The notes under the pieces were generated by a model that was not told the origin of the DNA, made no database searches, and was given only the letters and a program-made list of their open reading frames with translations. From contig NC_058368.1 of the NCBI RefSeq assembly GCF_018350175.1, positions 102,116,001 to 102,180,000 of the forward strand: a stretch of 64,000 nucleotides of DNA, given 5' to 3'. Source of the DNA: Felis catus (lineage: Eukaryota). The position numbers and the translations under genes were made by a program. The number at the start of each line of letters is the position of its first letter. Positions within the stretch are counted from its first letter, which is position 1. Below, piece by piece: positions 50,291-62,532 of this stretch.

Positions 50291-51888
50291 AGCAAAGATC
50301 TTAGGAGTCATGAAAATACATGGAAGGAGGGAGAAGAGAGAGTGGAAAGAAGGCCTGTCTTTGGACCCCTGGAGAATCGGCCCAGCAGAAGGCTCTTGGG
50401 AGTAAAACACAGTACAGGACATGGTGAGTTTGCCTGTCATCTCACCCGCCCTGCTCTCCGCAGCTCCCAGGCTCCTGTGGACGGAGTACGTACGTTAGCA
50501 TTTCTGGGCGCCACCCCCGTTCCCGGTGCTTTGAAACCTTCCAAGTTCCCGGCCACCGGCACCCAGGACAGGGTAAACACCTTCACTTTCTCAGCGAACA
50601 AACGCAAGGCAGCACCCAAAGGGTTACCGCCGTGTTTCTAAACAAATAGGAATTGCCAAGGCTTGGTGCTGATATGAAATTATAATCAACGCATTCACGG
50701 ATTGGTAGTATTTATCATGCTGTTAGCATTGTAAATTTGTACCATTGTAGATAGGAGTCACACAGCTTGGGGCCCTGTACCTTCACCTATTGTTTTCCCT
50801 GTGTTATGATAAATTTCCAGCAACACTTGATTAAAACTGCCAATTTGTTGGGAATAAAAAGAATCTCTCGACACCACCAGGACTAATTACGTTGTCCTTG
50901 CCAAAGGGGTAGTTGAATAATTGCATGCCATTATTGCACAGGCATGGCGCTTTTCACGTCAGTAGCAAAGCAATGAAGATTGATTCCCTTTAATTAATCA
51001 TTCAAAAATAGCCGCCTTGTATCACTCCCCAAATAGGAGGGAGCATGTTCCTACAACTTGCTTCCAAAAGGCGCCGGGATGCAATTGGTTCCCTGATGAG
51101 ATATCAAAGTGTGTGTGTCTGTCCGAGATAGGAGGACCTTCTCTGTAATTGATTGTGGATCCCATTCTCCCAATTTTTTATCCCCAGCCCCGAACTCTCT
51201 TTGTAATCTTAACAGCCTGGAGCACATTTACATAGCTTTCATTAATTGTACTCTGGCTTCCCATTAGAAAGGGAGGCAACAACTCTTAACTGATCCAATC
51301 TAGGCTTTATTTTTGCATTTCTACTAACATGATACATTGGGCTTAAGTATTCCTTAGCGTTTGGTGTGGAGGGTCAAAGTCACCGTAGGACAATATCTTA
51401 TTAGAAAGCCTTGAAAGACACTCTTACATATTATTTGCAGTATCTGTTTCTCGCTTTTTTGACCATGTTCAATATCAGCCTTATCTATGCTTTGAAGACA
51501 CTGACGTCTACTCCCTGGATTCAACCCTTTCAATTTTAAGACACAGTAAATCAGCAACTTCAAATGTCGCTCTTTTTTTCTTTTTTTCTTTTTTTTCATG
51601 TACTCTTGTGATTAATGTGACTCACAGTCTTTGCTCTGGAAAAAGATTCAAACAGAAGTATTTGCTGATGATCTTCTGTAAGAACTGCACTTGATGCTTT
51701 GATGCGATGTCACAGGAGGAGGACTGCCCTGGTTCCTGACTGGGAAGCAAAACTGTGAAACGGGAAATGCCCAGTTTGGGCACAGCTCTACTTCCCACAT
51801 CCTGCTCTCGCCAAGTGTTCCTTTCTCTTCCATTTCCAAAAAATACTAGATTAATAACTTCTTAAATACATAATCTAGTTTTCAACTT

Positions 51889-52081
51889 TTTTAAAAAACA
51901 TTTTTAAATTTTTTTTTTTTTTTATTTTTGAGAGAGAGAGAGGGAGATACAGAATCCGAAGCAGGCTCCAGGCTCGGAACTGTCAGCACAGAGCCCGACG
52001 CGGGGCTCGAACTCGCGAACCGTGAGATCGTGACCTGAGACGACGTCGGACCCTTAACCTACTGATCCACCCAGGCGCCCC
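51889..52081 (-). mobile_element. CanSINE (internal deletion in the CT region)
   Basis: TSD ctagttttcaactt / ctacttttcaactt. Confidence 0.93.
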
Positions 52082-52392
52082 TACTTTTCAACTTGTAAGT
52101 CACTAGAGGAATAAGAAAGGTGCCCATCTTACGAGGCTGTCTCCTCTGTTTTTGTTCTGAACCTTCCTCTCCAAAGCTCCTTTTCCTTTCCCACCTCTAC
52201 CCTGCCCACGTTGGCACTGTGCCCCAAAGCCCTTTCCCTGTCATCTTTCAAGGCTTAGCCCATCCAGTAGGGACAAAGGATGAAAAGAAAAGGGATCCGT
52301 GGGGATCACGGATCATAGCAGGCTTTGTTATGTGTGTAGTGTAACTGGATGCCCATCACAGGTATTTTTCTTTCTTTACACTTAAAGATGTG

Positions 52393-53107
52393 GATTTTTT
52401 TTATAAGAAATTTATTGTCAAATTTGTTTCCATACAACACCCAGTGCTCATCCCAACAGATGCCCTCCTAATACCCATCACCCCCCCTCCCTCCCACTCC
52501 CTATCAACCCTCAGTTTATTCTCGTTGTTAAAGAGTCTCTTATGATTTGCCTCCTTCCCTCTCTGTAACATTTTTTTCCCCCTTCTCCTCCCTGCTGGTC
52601 TTCTGTTGAGTTTCTCAGGATCCACACAGGAGTGAAAACATATGGTATCTGTCTTTCTCTGCCTCACTTATTTCATTTAGCATAATGCTCTCCAGTTCCA
52701 TCCACGTTGCTACAAAGGGCCATATTTCATTCTTTCTCATTGCTAAGTAGTATTCCATTGTGTATATAAACTACAATTTCTTTATCCATTCATCAGTTGA
52801 TGGACATTTAGGCTCTTTCCATAATTTGGCTATTGTTGAAAGTGCTGCTATCAACATTGGGGTACAAGTGCCCCTAGGCATCAGCACTCCTGTATCCCTT
52901 GGGTAAATTCCTAGCAGTGCTATTGCTGGGTCGTAGGGTAGATCTATGTTTAATTTTTTGAGGAACCTCCACACTGTTTGCCAGAGCGTCTGCACCAGTT
53001 TGCATTCCCACCAACAGTGCAAGAGGGTTCCCGTTTCTCCACATCCTTTCCAGCATCTATAGTCTCCTGATTTGTTCATTTTAGCCACTCTGGCGTGAGG
53101 TGGTATC
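52393..53107 (-). mobile_element. Felid L1 3' end (ORF2 C-terminus, 3' UTR, poly-A)
   Basis: Translation [22 protein letters not shown] (L1 CCHC motif); 3' UTR matches the 8470-8593 copy; T tail at 52395-52402. Confidence 0.96.
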
Positions 53108-54349
53108 ATAATAACACTGAATGTAAATGGACTAAACGCTCCAACCAAAAGACAGAGTGTATCAGAATGGATAAAAAACAAGACCCATCTATTTGCTGTC
53201 TATAAGAGACTCATTTTAAACCTGAAGACACCTTTCAAATTGAAAGTGAGGGGATGGCAAACTATCTAACATGCTACTGGAAGTCAAAAGAAAGCTAGAG
53301 TAGCCATACTTATATCAGACAAACTAGACTCTAAATTAAAGGCTGTAACAAGAGATGAAGAAGGGCATTATATAATAATGGTCATTCATCAGGAAGAGCT
53401 AACAATTATAAATGTCTATGTGCCGAATACAGAAGCCCCCAAATATATAAAACAATTACTCACAAACATAAGCAACCTTATTGATAAGAATGTGGTAATT
53501 GCAGGAGACTTTAATACCCCACTTACAACAATGGATAGATCATCTAGACACAGGATCAATAAAGAAACAAGGGGCCTGAATGATACATTGGATCAGAGGG
53601 ACTTGACAGATATAGTTAGAACTCTGCATCCCAAAACAATGGAATATGCTTTCTTCTCGAGTGCACATGGAACATTCTCCAAGATAGAACACATACTGGG
53701 TCGCAAAACAGCCCTTCATAATTATAAAAGAACTGAGATCAGACCGTGCACACTTTCAGAGCACAATGCTATGAAACTTGATATCAACCACCGGAAAAAG
53801 TCTGGAAAACCTCCAAAAGCATGGAGGATAAAGAACACCCTACTAAAGAATGAATGGGCTGACCAGGCAATTAGAGAAGAAATTTAAAAATATATGGAAA
53901 CAAATGAAAATGAAAATACAACAATCCAAACGCTTTGGGATGCAGCAAAGGCAGCCCTGAGAAGAAAATACAATGCAATCCAGGCCTATCTCAAGAAAGA
54001 AGAGGGGCGCCTGGGTGGCACAGTCGGTTAAGCGTCCGACTTCAGCCAGGTCGCGATCTCGCGGTCCGGGAGTTCGAGCCCCGCGTCAGGCTCTGGGCTG
54101 ATGGCTCGGAGCCTGGAGCCTGTTTCCGATTCTGTGTCTCCCTCTCTCTCTGCCCCCCCCCCCGTTCATGCTCTGTCTCTCTGTGTCCCAAAAAAATAAA
54201 TAAACGTTGAAAAAAAAATTTAAAAAAGAAAGAAGAAAAATACAAAATCTAATAGCACACCTAAAGAAAATAGAACAGCAAAGACACCCCAAACCCAGAA
54301 GAAGAAGAGAAATAATAAAGGTCAGAGCAGAAATAAACAATATAGAATC
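53104..54349 (+). mobile_element. Inverted segment of the same L1: ORF2 endonuclease domain, decayed
   Basis: ITLNVNGLNAP, AGDFNTPL, FSKIEHIL, LSEHNAMKL motifs; stops and frameshifts present. Confidence 0.95.
54004..54225 (+). mobile_element. Young SINEC_Fc-type SINE nested in L1
   Basis: TSD aagaaagaaga at 53993-54003 and 54226-54236. Confidence 0.97.
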
Positions 54350-54394
54350 TAAAGATGTGTTTTTTTGAACAAACTGTAAGACTTAAGTGGTTGT

Positions 54395-54585
54395 GGGATG
54401 CCTGGGTGGCTCAGTAGGTTAAGCATCCAACTCTTGACTTCAGCTCAGGTCATAATCTCTGGGTTTTGAGATCAAGCCCCACATTGGGCTCTGTACTGAT
54501 AAAGCAGAGCCTGCTTGGGATTCTCTCTCTCCTTCTCTTTCTCTCACTCTATCTCTAAATCAAAAAATAAACTAAAAAAAAAAAA
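54395..54585 (+). mobile_element. CanSINE (older)
   Basis: Body and tail; flanking aagacttaag repeat. Confidence 0.92.
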
Positions 54586-55065
54586 AAGACTTAAGCACCT
54601 GTATGTGGCTTGGGTGGGGCTGCCTTTTTCGTAAATTATAGAAACATGGAGTTTGATAGCATCTCAAAGAGAATCCATTCCAACAGGTATGGATGAGAAA
54701 ACTGGGTTTCTGAAAGATGTGGTTCTTACTGTGAGTGTTCAGCAGGGCATTATGAAAGGACAGAGGGCAGAAGAGAGAAGAAGCATGGCAAATGGGCAGA
54801 AATACAGCCCGAAGCAGGCACTAAAGTCTTTGGAGCGGGCTATTACCATCCCAACCCTGGCACTGTCCAGGCTAGCCCTTGAACTTCAGGGTCCCCACTG
54901 GACATGCAAAAATGATTACTATAGGGTTGCTGTAAGCATACGAAGTCATACACGTGAAGCAATGGACACGAAAGAGATTCTCGTTTAAAGACAGTGAAAA
55001 TGATAATGGTGACAACAAAGTGCACCCCCTGCCACCATGTTTTCCAGGCCTCAGTGTTTTGAGGC

Positions 55066-55276
55066 TTGTTTGTTTGTTTGTTTTAAGTTTATTTCAAGAG
55101 AGAGACAGTACGACTGGGGGAACGGCAAACAGAAAGGGAGAGAGAGAATCCCAACCAGGCTTCACACTGTCAGCACAGAGTCCAACGTGGGCCTCGGACC
55201 CATGAAACTGTGAACTCAAGACCTGAACTGAAACCGAGTGTCAGATGCTTAACCAACTGAGCCACCCGGGCACCTC
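55066..55276 (-). mobile_element. CanSINE (older)
   Basis: Reverse body with a (GTTT)n tail. Confidence 0.9.
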
Positions 55277-55473
55277 AAACTTTGCGAGTTTTGAAAAGAG
55301 CTTCATTAATCAAATGTTCTTCTGCGGAGTTTATTTTTCCTCTGAGGTCTGTCAGGAATAAAATAACGTAAGAAAAGCATCATCTGTGGCTCCAAGCTTC
55401 TCCTCCAAGACTCACTGTCCTCTCATATCCCACTACTCGATCCAGAGAGCAAAGGTGGATGAGGAGATGCACG

Positions 55474-55806
55474 CGGGTGACCTTGAACAACGCAGGGCCT
55501 AGCGTGCTACCCTCCCACGTGGTCAAAAACCTGCATGCAACTTTTGACTCACTCCAAAAGCCTAACTAGCAATAGCCTACCGTTGCCCAGAAACGTTACC
55601 AATAACATAGTCGATGAGCACCTATTTCGTGTGTTATATGCATTCTATACTGTATTTGTACAATAAAGCAAGCTAGAGAAAAGAAGATGTTAAGAAAATT
55701 AGAAGGAAAATACATTTACAGTCCTGGACTATGGTTATTGAAAAAAAATCACTTACAAATGGCTTCATCCAGTTCATATATATCTATGTCGTTCAAGGAT
55801 CAACTG
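55474..55806. mobile_element. Tigger2a-like non-autonomous Tc1/mariner element
   Basis: Terminal inverted repeats gtgaccttgaacaac...gtcgttcaaggatcaactg; internal aactagcaatagcctac, acaataaagcaagctagagaaaag. Confidence 0.88.
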
Positions 55807-56119
55807 AGTATAGAATGGATAGCTGGGAGCTGGTAAATTTCAGTTTCTGGGGCTCTGAGCTCATCGGAGGATGGATGGATCACTAGAACACGCAAAAAGC
55901 TCCTGGAAGGAAGCTTCTGTTGACCTACTCCATCTTGGAGAAACCCGTTAGTGACAAAAAGAAGCTTAAAAGATCTTCCCCAGCTCTGGAACCCTGTACC
56001 TTAGGTGGGATTGAGCTTCACCAACTGCCCTGTGAGACGACTCTACTCATCGTCTCCCCATGTTGGATCCTTCTCTTGGCAGAGGTATCTTGTCGATACT
56101 ATACATTAGTAAGGATCAA

Positions 56120-56250
56120 ATTGTAATCTGTATTACTTGGAGATGCTGCTAAAATGCAAATTCCGGTTCAGTAGATCTGAAGTAGGGTCCAAGATACTGC
56201 ATTGCTAACGAACTTCAAAGGGCTGCCGCTGATCTGTGACCAAACACGCG
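56120..56250. mobile_element. MER5A-like remnant
   Basis: taaaatgcaaattccggttcagtagatctgaagtagggtccaagatactgcatt. Confidence 0.65.
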
Positions 56251-56783
56251 TGGCCGGGGTATCTGTACATCACCACCCCCTGGGTGCTGCGTCAATGTCC
56301 AGCTTCAATCTCAGTCTCACGACGCTTTTAGCCAAGTGATCTCTCCAGCCTCTGAATGGGTTTATAAGAGTGAACATACATTCTCCTGTGGAACACGTAG
56401 TTACCGTGCATGGCGATCCGTTTATAACGCCAGCAGTCCTCGATTTTATTCTCTCACGCAATCCACACTCATAACCACCATGCAGGAGATGGCACCGGCG
56501 GAAGCAGATATGGCTCAGAAGGCAGTGAATAATTTCTCCTTCTCTTCCCTAGCACCTTCCCCAGCAATCACTTCGATCTCACTGCTCGTAAGGCTCCTCC
56601 TGTTCCTCAACCAGTGTCTTCTCGCTATTGCCCAACTGTATTGCAGGTTAAAAAAAAAAAAAAGTCTTTAAAACTGTAATGGCAGTAGAGACATAAAGGA
56701 GGGCTTGGATAGGAGAGTCACAGGAGAAGGTCAAACACCATATAAAATAATTTTAATTCAACTGATATATTCTTGAAACTCAT

Positions 56784-57095
56784 TGTAATAGTTTGCGAGG
56801 GCCGCCATAACAACGTACCACAGACGCGGTGGACTACACAAAAGACAAGTATTTTCTCACAGTTCTGGAAGCCAGAAATCAATGATGAAGGTGTCAGGAA
56901 GACTAGCTCCTTCTGAGGCCTCTCTCCTTGGCTTGCACATGGCTGTCTTCTTCTGGTGGTCCTTCCTCCATGTCTGTGTAGGCCCTGATTTCTTCTTCTT
57001 CTAAGGACGTCAGCCATATTGGATTAAGGCCCACCCCTACAACCTCATTTTATCTTAATTACTTCCTTAAAGGCCTTATCTCCAAAAATAGCCAC
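56784..57095 (-). mobile_element. MLT1 (A/B-like) LTR
   Basis: gccgccataacaacgtaccacagac, ttctcacagttctggaagccagaaatc, cagccatattggattaaggccc. Confidence 0.88.
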
Positions 57096-58874
57096 ACACA
57101 CCGCAAACAGCCTCTAAGTACTGTACCAGCATGTGCCTGACTGCATTACCATGTTTTTAAGTCCTGAGGTGGCAACAGCTGATAATCAACATTCTAGGTG
57201 TAATCTCCAAGTCTGTGCTGTTTTCCAAAAGAGCGTCAGCCTTCAAGGTTCGCATGAGGCAGTGTAAAGTTTCTTTTGATTTGTCAGTCACTATCACCCC
57301 TAGGCCTCCTCCTGCCTCTCTGCTTCCGATGTTTCTCCCACCTGCAAGGTCTGGACGATGCTATGTCATGCTATAAAGAAAAAGAAAGTACTTTCCAGCT
57401 TCCCAAATTGTCTCTTCTGGGAGCTTATTTATCAGGAGGCGCAATACAAAAGCGAGGAAGTGCTGTAGGTAGATATTGTAAATTCCATTGGGGTTTCAGA
57501 CGTTGAACCATCTATTTTATTCTAGCAGGAGATGTTTTCTCTATATCCGCTGATTGCAAATTCATTCTTTAATCTCTATACATGAAAAGCTAAAAGCAGA
57601 AAGCCGCGGACTCAAATTTTCTCTGGAAATTGTCGAACATTTGCAACAGATATAGAAAATCACAGTGTGAAAGCTGCAAGAGCTGTGCAAAAATAAATTG
57701 GAGGCACCACAGGAAATGAAGGTTTTACATAAGGACAAGGAGCCAGCCAGAGTTTTCAAGTCCATTTTGTAATAAAGGAAATTATGAGCCCCATAAAGCC
57801 CTCTTTGGGAAATTTACATTTTGATGGATAATACGCTTATAACAATTAGTATGAAATGTTTCTGGTTTACCTACGACATGTTTCTAATAGATAGTCCACA
57901 TGCGTCTTTAGCAGAATGTAACTGCTAATATTTGAAGTGCAGGTAATTCCTTGGTTCTCATTTAAAATACCATAAGGCTCTCCTTGCTCGAGGCAGGCGA
58001 AAATAAAATCTCAATTAAAATAAAAGCAGGCCTGGTTCCAGTTAAGCAATGATCATTTAGAGAATTAATGCAATAAAGCTTTTTCCATCAAGTGCGTAGT
58101 CAGCATGGAGCGGGAGCCATCACGCCAGATTGGGATTCCAGTCCCCCGGATCCAGAAACGTTTCACTTTTACCAGGTTGTTTAATTTCCAAGACTTCACT
58201 TCACCTCTCTGGGCAGCGGCTTCCTCAGGAGAAAATGAAATGGGTGTGCCTATCATCTCTGGGGGCTCATTCAGCTTAGCAACCCTGGGCTCTAGGATCC
58301 AAGCAACCTGTTGAAATCCTTGCCACGCCGAGAAATGAAAGCCCTTGAAGGGGCTTGGTTTCACCATCAGCTAAACGCACGGATTACAAAAAATACCACA
58401 GCGGCCAGGTACAGAGATCACAGCCTGGCCGCTCTGGGCCAAACTTGGTCTTCGGCACTTTTGCCCAACGTAGCCTTTTAGTAAAAACTAAAAGGCAGGA
58501 AATAAAAAACACCTACGAGTCACCTTTTTGAGGTCCGCAGGGTCCTGCCTCCCTATCATCCTCCCTCCTGCCTGACCCCGGGGCCGGGGAGGGGGGGGGC
58601 AGAGGGGGGGATCTGACTCTAGGACTTGGACCCGATGTTCATTCATTCATTAAACAGATCTTTTGCAGAACTCCAGTTCAGCGTGAAGCACTATTCTAAG
58701 TACTGGGATCATGGCACTAAATAATACAGACAAAATACCTGGGCACCGACATCTAGTTAGATCATAGACTCTGACTATTCATCTTATTTGGAAGTTGAAG
58801 CAGTCAGACAAAACTTTTCCAAGGCTACCTTCATTTCTCACATACAGACTGTACACGATTCAAGACACTGTACC

Positions 58875-59090
58875 GGGGGCACCTGGCTGGCTCAGCGGGT
58901 TAAGCCTCCGACTTCGGCTTAGGTCATGATCTCGAGGTTCGTGGGTTCGAGCCCCACATCAGACTCTGTGCTGACAGCTCAGAGCCTGGAGCCTGCTTCG
59001 ATTTCTGTGCCTCCCTCTCTGTCTGCACGTCCCCCACTCATACTCTGCCTCTCCCTCTCTCTGAAAAATAAATAAATGTTAAAAAAAAAA
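58875..59090 (+). mobile_element. CanSINE
   Basis: Full body and A tail. Confidence 0.94.
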
Positions 59091-59890
59091 GGGGGGGCAC
59101 TATAACAACTGTCATGGTGCCTCAGAAAATGCAGAGCAGTGTTGCTATCATCATCAACTTTATCAGGCACCTGAGCTTCATACATCATTGCCACCGCCTC
59201 CTTCTGCTTCTGGCAAACATTTCCCTCCTCCCACATCTCTGGGGTTTCAGAGGGCTTCATCGCACTGGCAACGAGCAAGAAATTCTAAGGCAGAAGGAAG
59301 CGGATCCTTCTGGTATATGTTCCACCCCGCTGTCACCTTGTCCCCATGTCTTGTTCTGTTTCTTCCTTCACCCATCTGTTTTCCATCCCGCATTTCCTTT
59401 CAATCCACTGCCAATCCCTGAGAGAGAGAAAGGCAAGGTACAGCCTCAACTATCAATGAAAAAGCACCATAAATATTTAACTTTTTAGGTCTGTCTGCTT
59501 GCCTTTGCGGGTCGGGAAAAGGATAGGGAGGGGAATATTAACGCAAAGCGTTGACACGATCGTTACAACAAGGAAAGAAACTAGGCAAAGAATCCATGTA
59601 ATCATGAAACTGACTGCCCATCGGTGTGAGGGGAAAAGAAGACCTTGCAAACTAGAGGAGCTGGCCTCGGTTCTTCCTGCCCGCGATCTCCCAACAACAA
59701 GAAAAGCCCAAGTGTAGGAAAAAGCAGACTGGACTACCTATCGGACTCCTGAGCATTTATCTAAACTCCCATGTCCTGAGTCCTCGGCCAGCCTCAGCTT
59801 CTATTTCTAGAAATGAAAACAGTTGGATGACACTGGTTTTCAACTGAGGTTGCACATGAGAAGGACCTAAGGAATTTCTTTTTCTTTTTT

Positions 59891-60129
59891 TTTTATTTTC
59901 TTTTTTTCTTTTTTAATTTTTTTTTAATGTTTTTATTTATTTTTGAGACAGAGAGAGACAGAGCATGAACGGGGGAGGGGCAGAGAGAGAGGGAGACACA
60001 GAATCGGAAGCAGGCTCAGGCTCTGAGCCATCAGCCCAGAGCCCGACGCGGGGCTCGAACTCACGGACCGCAAGATCGTGACCTGAGCTGAAGTCGGACG
60101 CCTAACCGACTGAGCCACCCAGGCGCCCC
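59891..60129 (-). mobile_element. Young SINEC_Fc-type SINE inside a MER5-like remnant
   Basis: TSD tttctttttctttttt at 59875-59890 and 60130-60145. Confidence 0.95.
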
Positions 60130-60898
60130 TTTCTTTTTCTTTTTTAAGGCTGATGCGTCCACTTGACCCAGACTGATGAAATCAAAATCGTTGGAGGGAG
60201 GGCCTAGACCACAGAAAAATGGACTGCTCCCCAAAAGATTCTAACATCAGGCCAAAGCTGAGAATTAGTGGCTTCAAAGATCCATCAGAAAAACCACCTG
60301 GGTAGCCGACACTAATGTTGATTAAACCAAACAAAGGAGCTCAAAGTTTCTAACTCCAAAACTTTATCATTCTTAGTATCCTTTCTAGTCATTTTCTGTG
60401 GCCGTAAAACTTACTGTAGCTAAAATGGCTTTTCAGTTTTCCCTAAAACTTTGGAGTTTCAGCGGAACCGAAAGCAAACCCAAACCAACCAAAACAAAAT
60501 GGACATTACTCTCTGATTACAGGATATGAAAGTGTCATTCTAAGCAAATGAATAAATAAAGCCTAAGAAAAATCTAGGATATATGCTCGGAGATCTGAAT
60601 ACAAAAAAATCTAATGATTTTGCGTATCAGAAAATCAAAAGTGTCAGTACTAAACTGGCAAAAATGCGTGTACATGCATGAGATATAGAGGGTTGAGGTC
60701 CTTATTACATACAATATTTTTACAAATTAATAAGTAAAATATAAATAACCTAACAGACAGATTGAAGAAGGACGTGAATAAACAGCACATGATAGAAGTG
60801 AAGAGCAGATAAAAGCTAGCTTAAACCTGGCAATCATTCTATTTTGTTAGAGAACCTTTTTTAAAGAAACATAATGTGTATTAATAGACAGTATTTTA

Positions 60899-61133
60899 TT
60901 ATTTTTTTTAAATTTTTTTTTCAACGTTTTATTTTTTTATTTTTTTGGGGGACAGAGAGAGACAGAGCATGAACAGGGGAGGGGCAGAGAGAGAGGGAGA
61001 CACAGAATCGGAAACAGGCTCCAGGCTCTGAGCCATCAGCCCAGAGCCTGACGCGGGGCTCGAACTCCCGGACCGCGAGATCGTGACCTGGCTGAAGTCG
61101 GACGCTTAACCGACTGCGCCACCCAGGCGCCCC
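60899..61133 (-). mobile_element. Young SINEC_Fc-type SINE
   Basis: TSD aatagacagtatttta at 60883-60898 and 61136-61151. Confidence 0.97.
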
Positions 61134-61408
61134 AGAATAGACAGTATTTTAATCTAACAAATATGATAAATTAAATTCTTTTTATCTTCCAAGAAATAAT
61201 CAAACACCATATTAAACTGCCAGGGCTCCTATCTTTGTCTTCTGATCAGGACAATGTTCTTGTTAAAATAATCACTCCCCCCATTTGCAAATATACAATA
61301 CGTGCATGTTTGCTTCTTAAAAGCCTTTAAGAACCTCAAAAACATTCTCCACACGAATATTACCCATGTCATCTATTTTTCAAGTAAGTAGGAAAATAAT
61401 CAAAGGTT

Positions 61409-61620
61409 GGGGCGCCTGGGTGGCTCAGTGGGTTGAGCGTCCAACTCTTGCTTTCAGCTCAGGTTTCAAGAGTTCAAGCCCCACATAGGGCTCTGCATTG
61501 TCTGGGTAGCCCGCTTGAGATTCTCTGTCTCCTCTCTCTCTCTGCCCCTCCCCGACTCGTGCTGTCTCTGTGTCTCTCTCCAAATAAATAAACTTAAAAA
61601 AACAAAAAAAAAAAAACAAA
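61409..61620 (+). mobile_element. CanSINE (older, internal deletion)
   Basis: Head, CT region, long A tail. Confidence 0.92.
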
Positions 61621-62002
61621 AAAAGAATTGAAAGTTGAAGCCTTCACTCCAAGGAGAGATAAAGCAAGTGGATAGAAATGAAGCCAGAGCACAGAATTAC
61701 ACATTTGCTGGTAGAGAGATCAAACCCGTGGATTGAGGGGAAGGAAGAGTGAGGGGACGGGATGGGGGGGGGTTTGAGAAATACCTACAGGGTGTAAGGG
61801 AAGATACATAACAATCACCAACGCTTCCACCATTTGCAAATCTTTCTGGATTAGGAGTGCCTTGTGGCCCCCAGAACGCAAGAACCAAGAAATGTAAATG
61901 ACAAAATTACAATGGTACCAAATGTGTTTATGAAAAATGAGTCATGGGAGGGAAAACCCTCCTCTCGTATACACTGCCTGCAAAAAAGAAAATGTATTTA
62001 CA

Positions 62003-62175
62003 GGGGCGCCTGCATGGCTCAGTCGGATAAGCATCTGACTTCGGCTCAGGTCATGTTCTCACAGTTCATGAGTTCGAGCCCCACATCGGGCTCTGTGCTG
62101 ACAGCTCAGAGCCTGGAGCCTGCTTCGGATTCTGTGTTTCCCTCTCTCTCTGCCCCTCCCCTGCTCACTCTCTCC

Positions 62176-62225
<50 letters not shown>

Positions 62226-62260
62226 CAAACATTAAAAAAATTTTTTTAAACATTAAAAAA
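62003..62260 (+). mobile_element. CanSINE with (CT)n(CA)n expansion
   Basis: Degenerate TSD aaaagaaaatgtatttaca / aaaaggaaacgtatttgca. Confidence 0.94.
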
Positions 62261-62532
62261 AAAAGGAAACGTATTTGCAAACAGCTCATTGAAGCTGCAA
62301 GGGAAAAAATGCATTCACTGCATTAAGTTTCAGTTAAAGTTAATAATTTGGTTTCTTAATATTGTTTACCTGTTGTTTTGTTCTGTTGGATATGTAAGCA
62401 GTTTACTTACATTTTTTTTTTCTCCTTGAAAGGTTTCAGACTTTCCAGCCAAGGAGTCTTCTACTCAACAGGCTTTCTTACCCAGCCTGCAAGACAGGCA
62501 AACCTTCTCCTGCAAGTTTACCGATCTCACGC

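Noticed and set aside
50420..50432. Isolated plus-strand donor-like atg|gtgagt (similar ones near 17174 and 38636)
   Set aside because: No matching acceptor or coding frame; expected by chance in 64 kb.
52771..53181. 136-aa ORF as a chimeric gene
   Set aside because: It merely spans the L1 inversion junction and starts at a non-ATG codon.
53378..53887. 169-aa ORF as a functional endonuclease gene
   Set aside because: It is a decayed L1 ORF2 piece with upstream stops/frameshifts and altered motifs (SKIEH, SEH in place of SKIDH, SDH).
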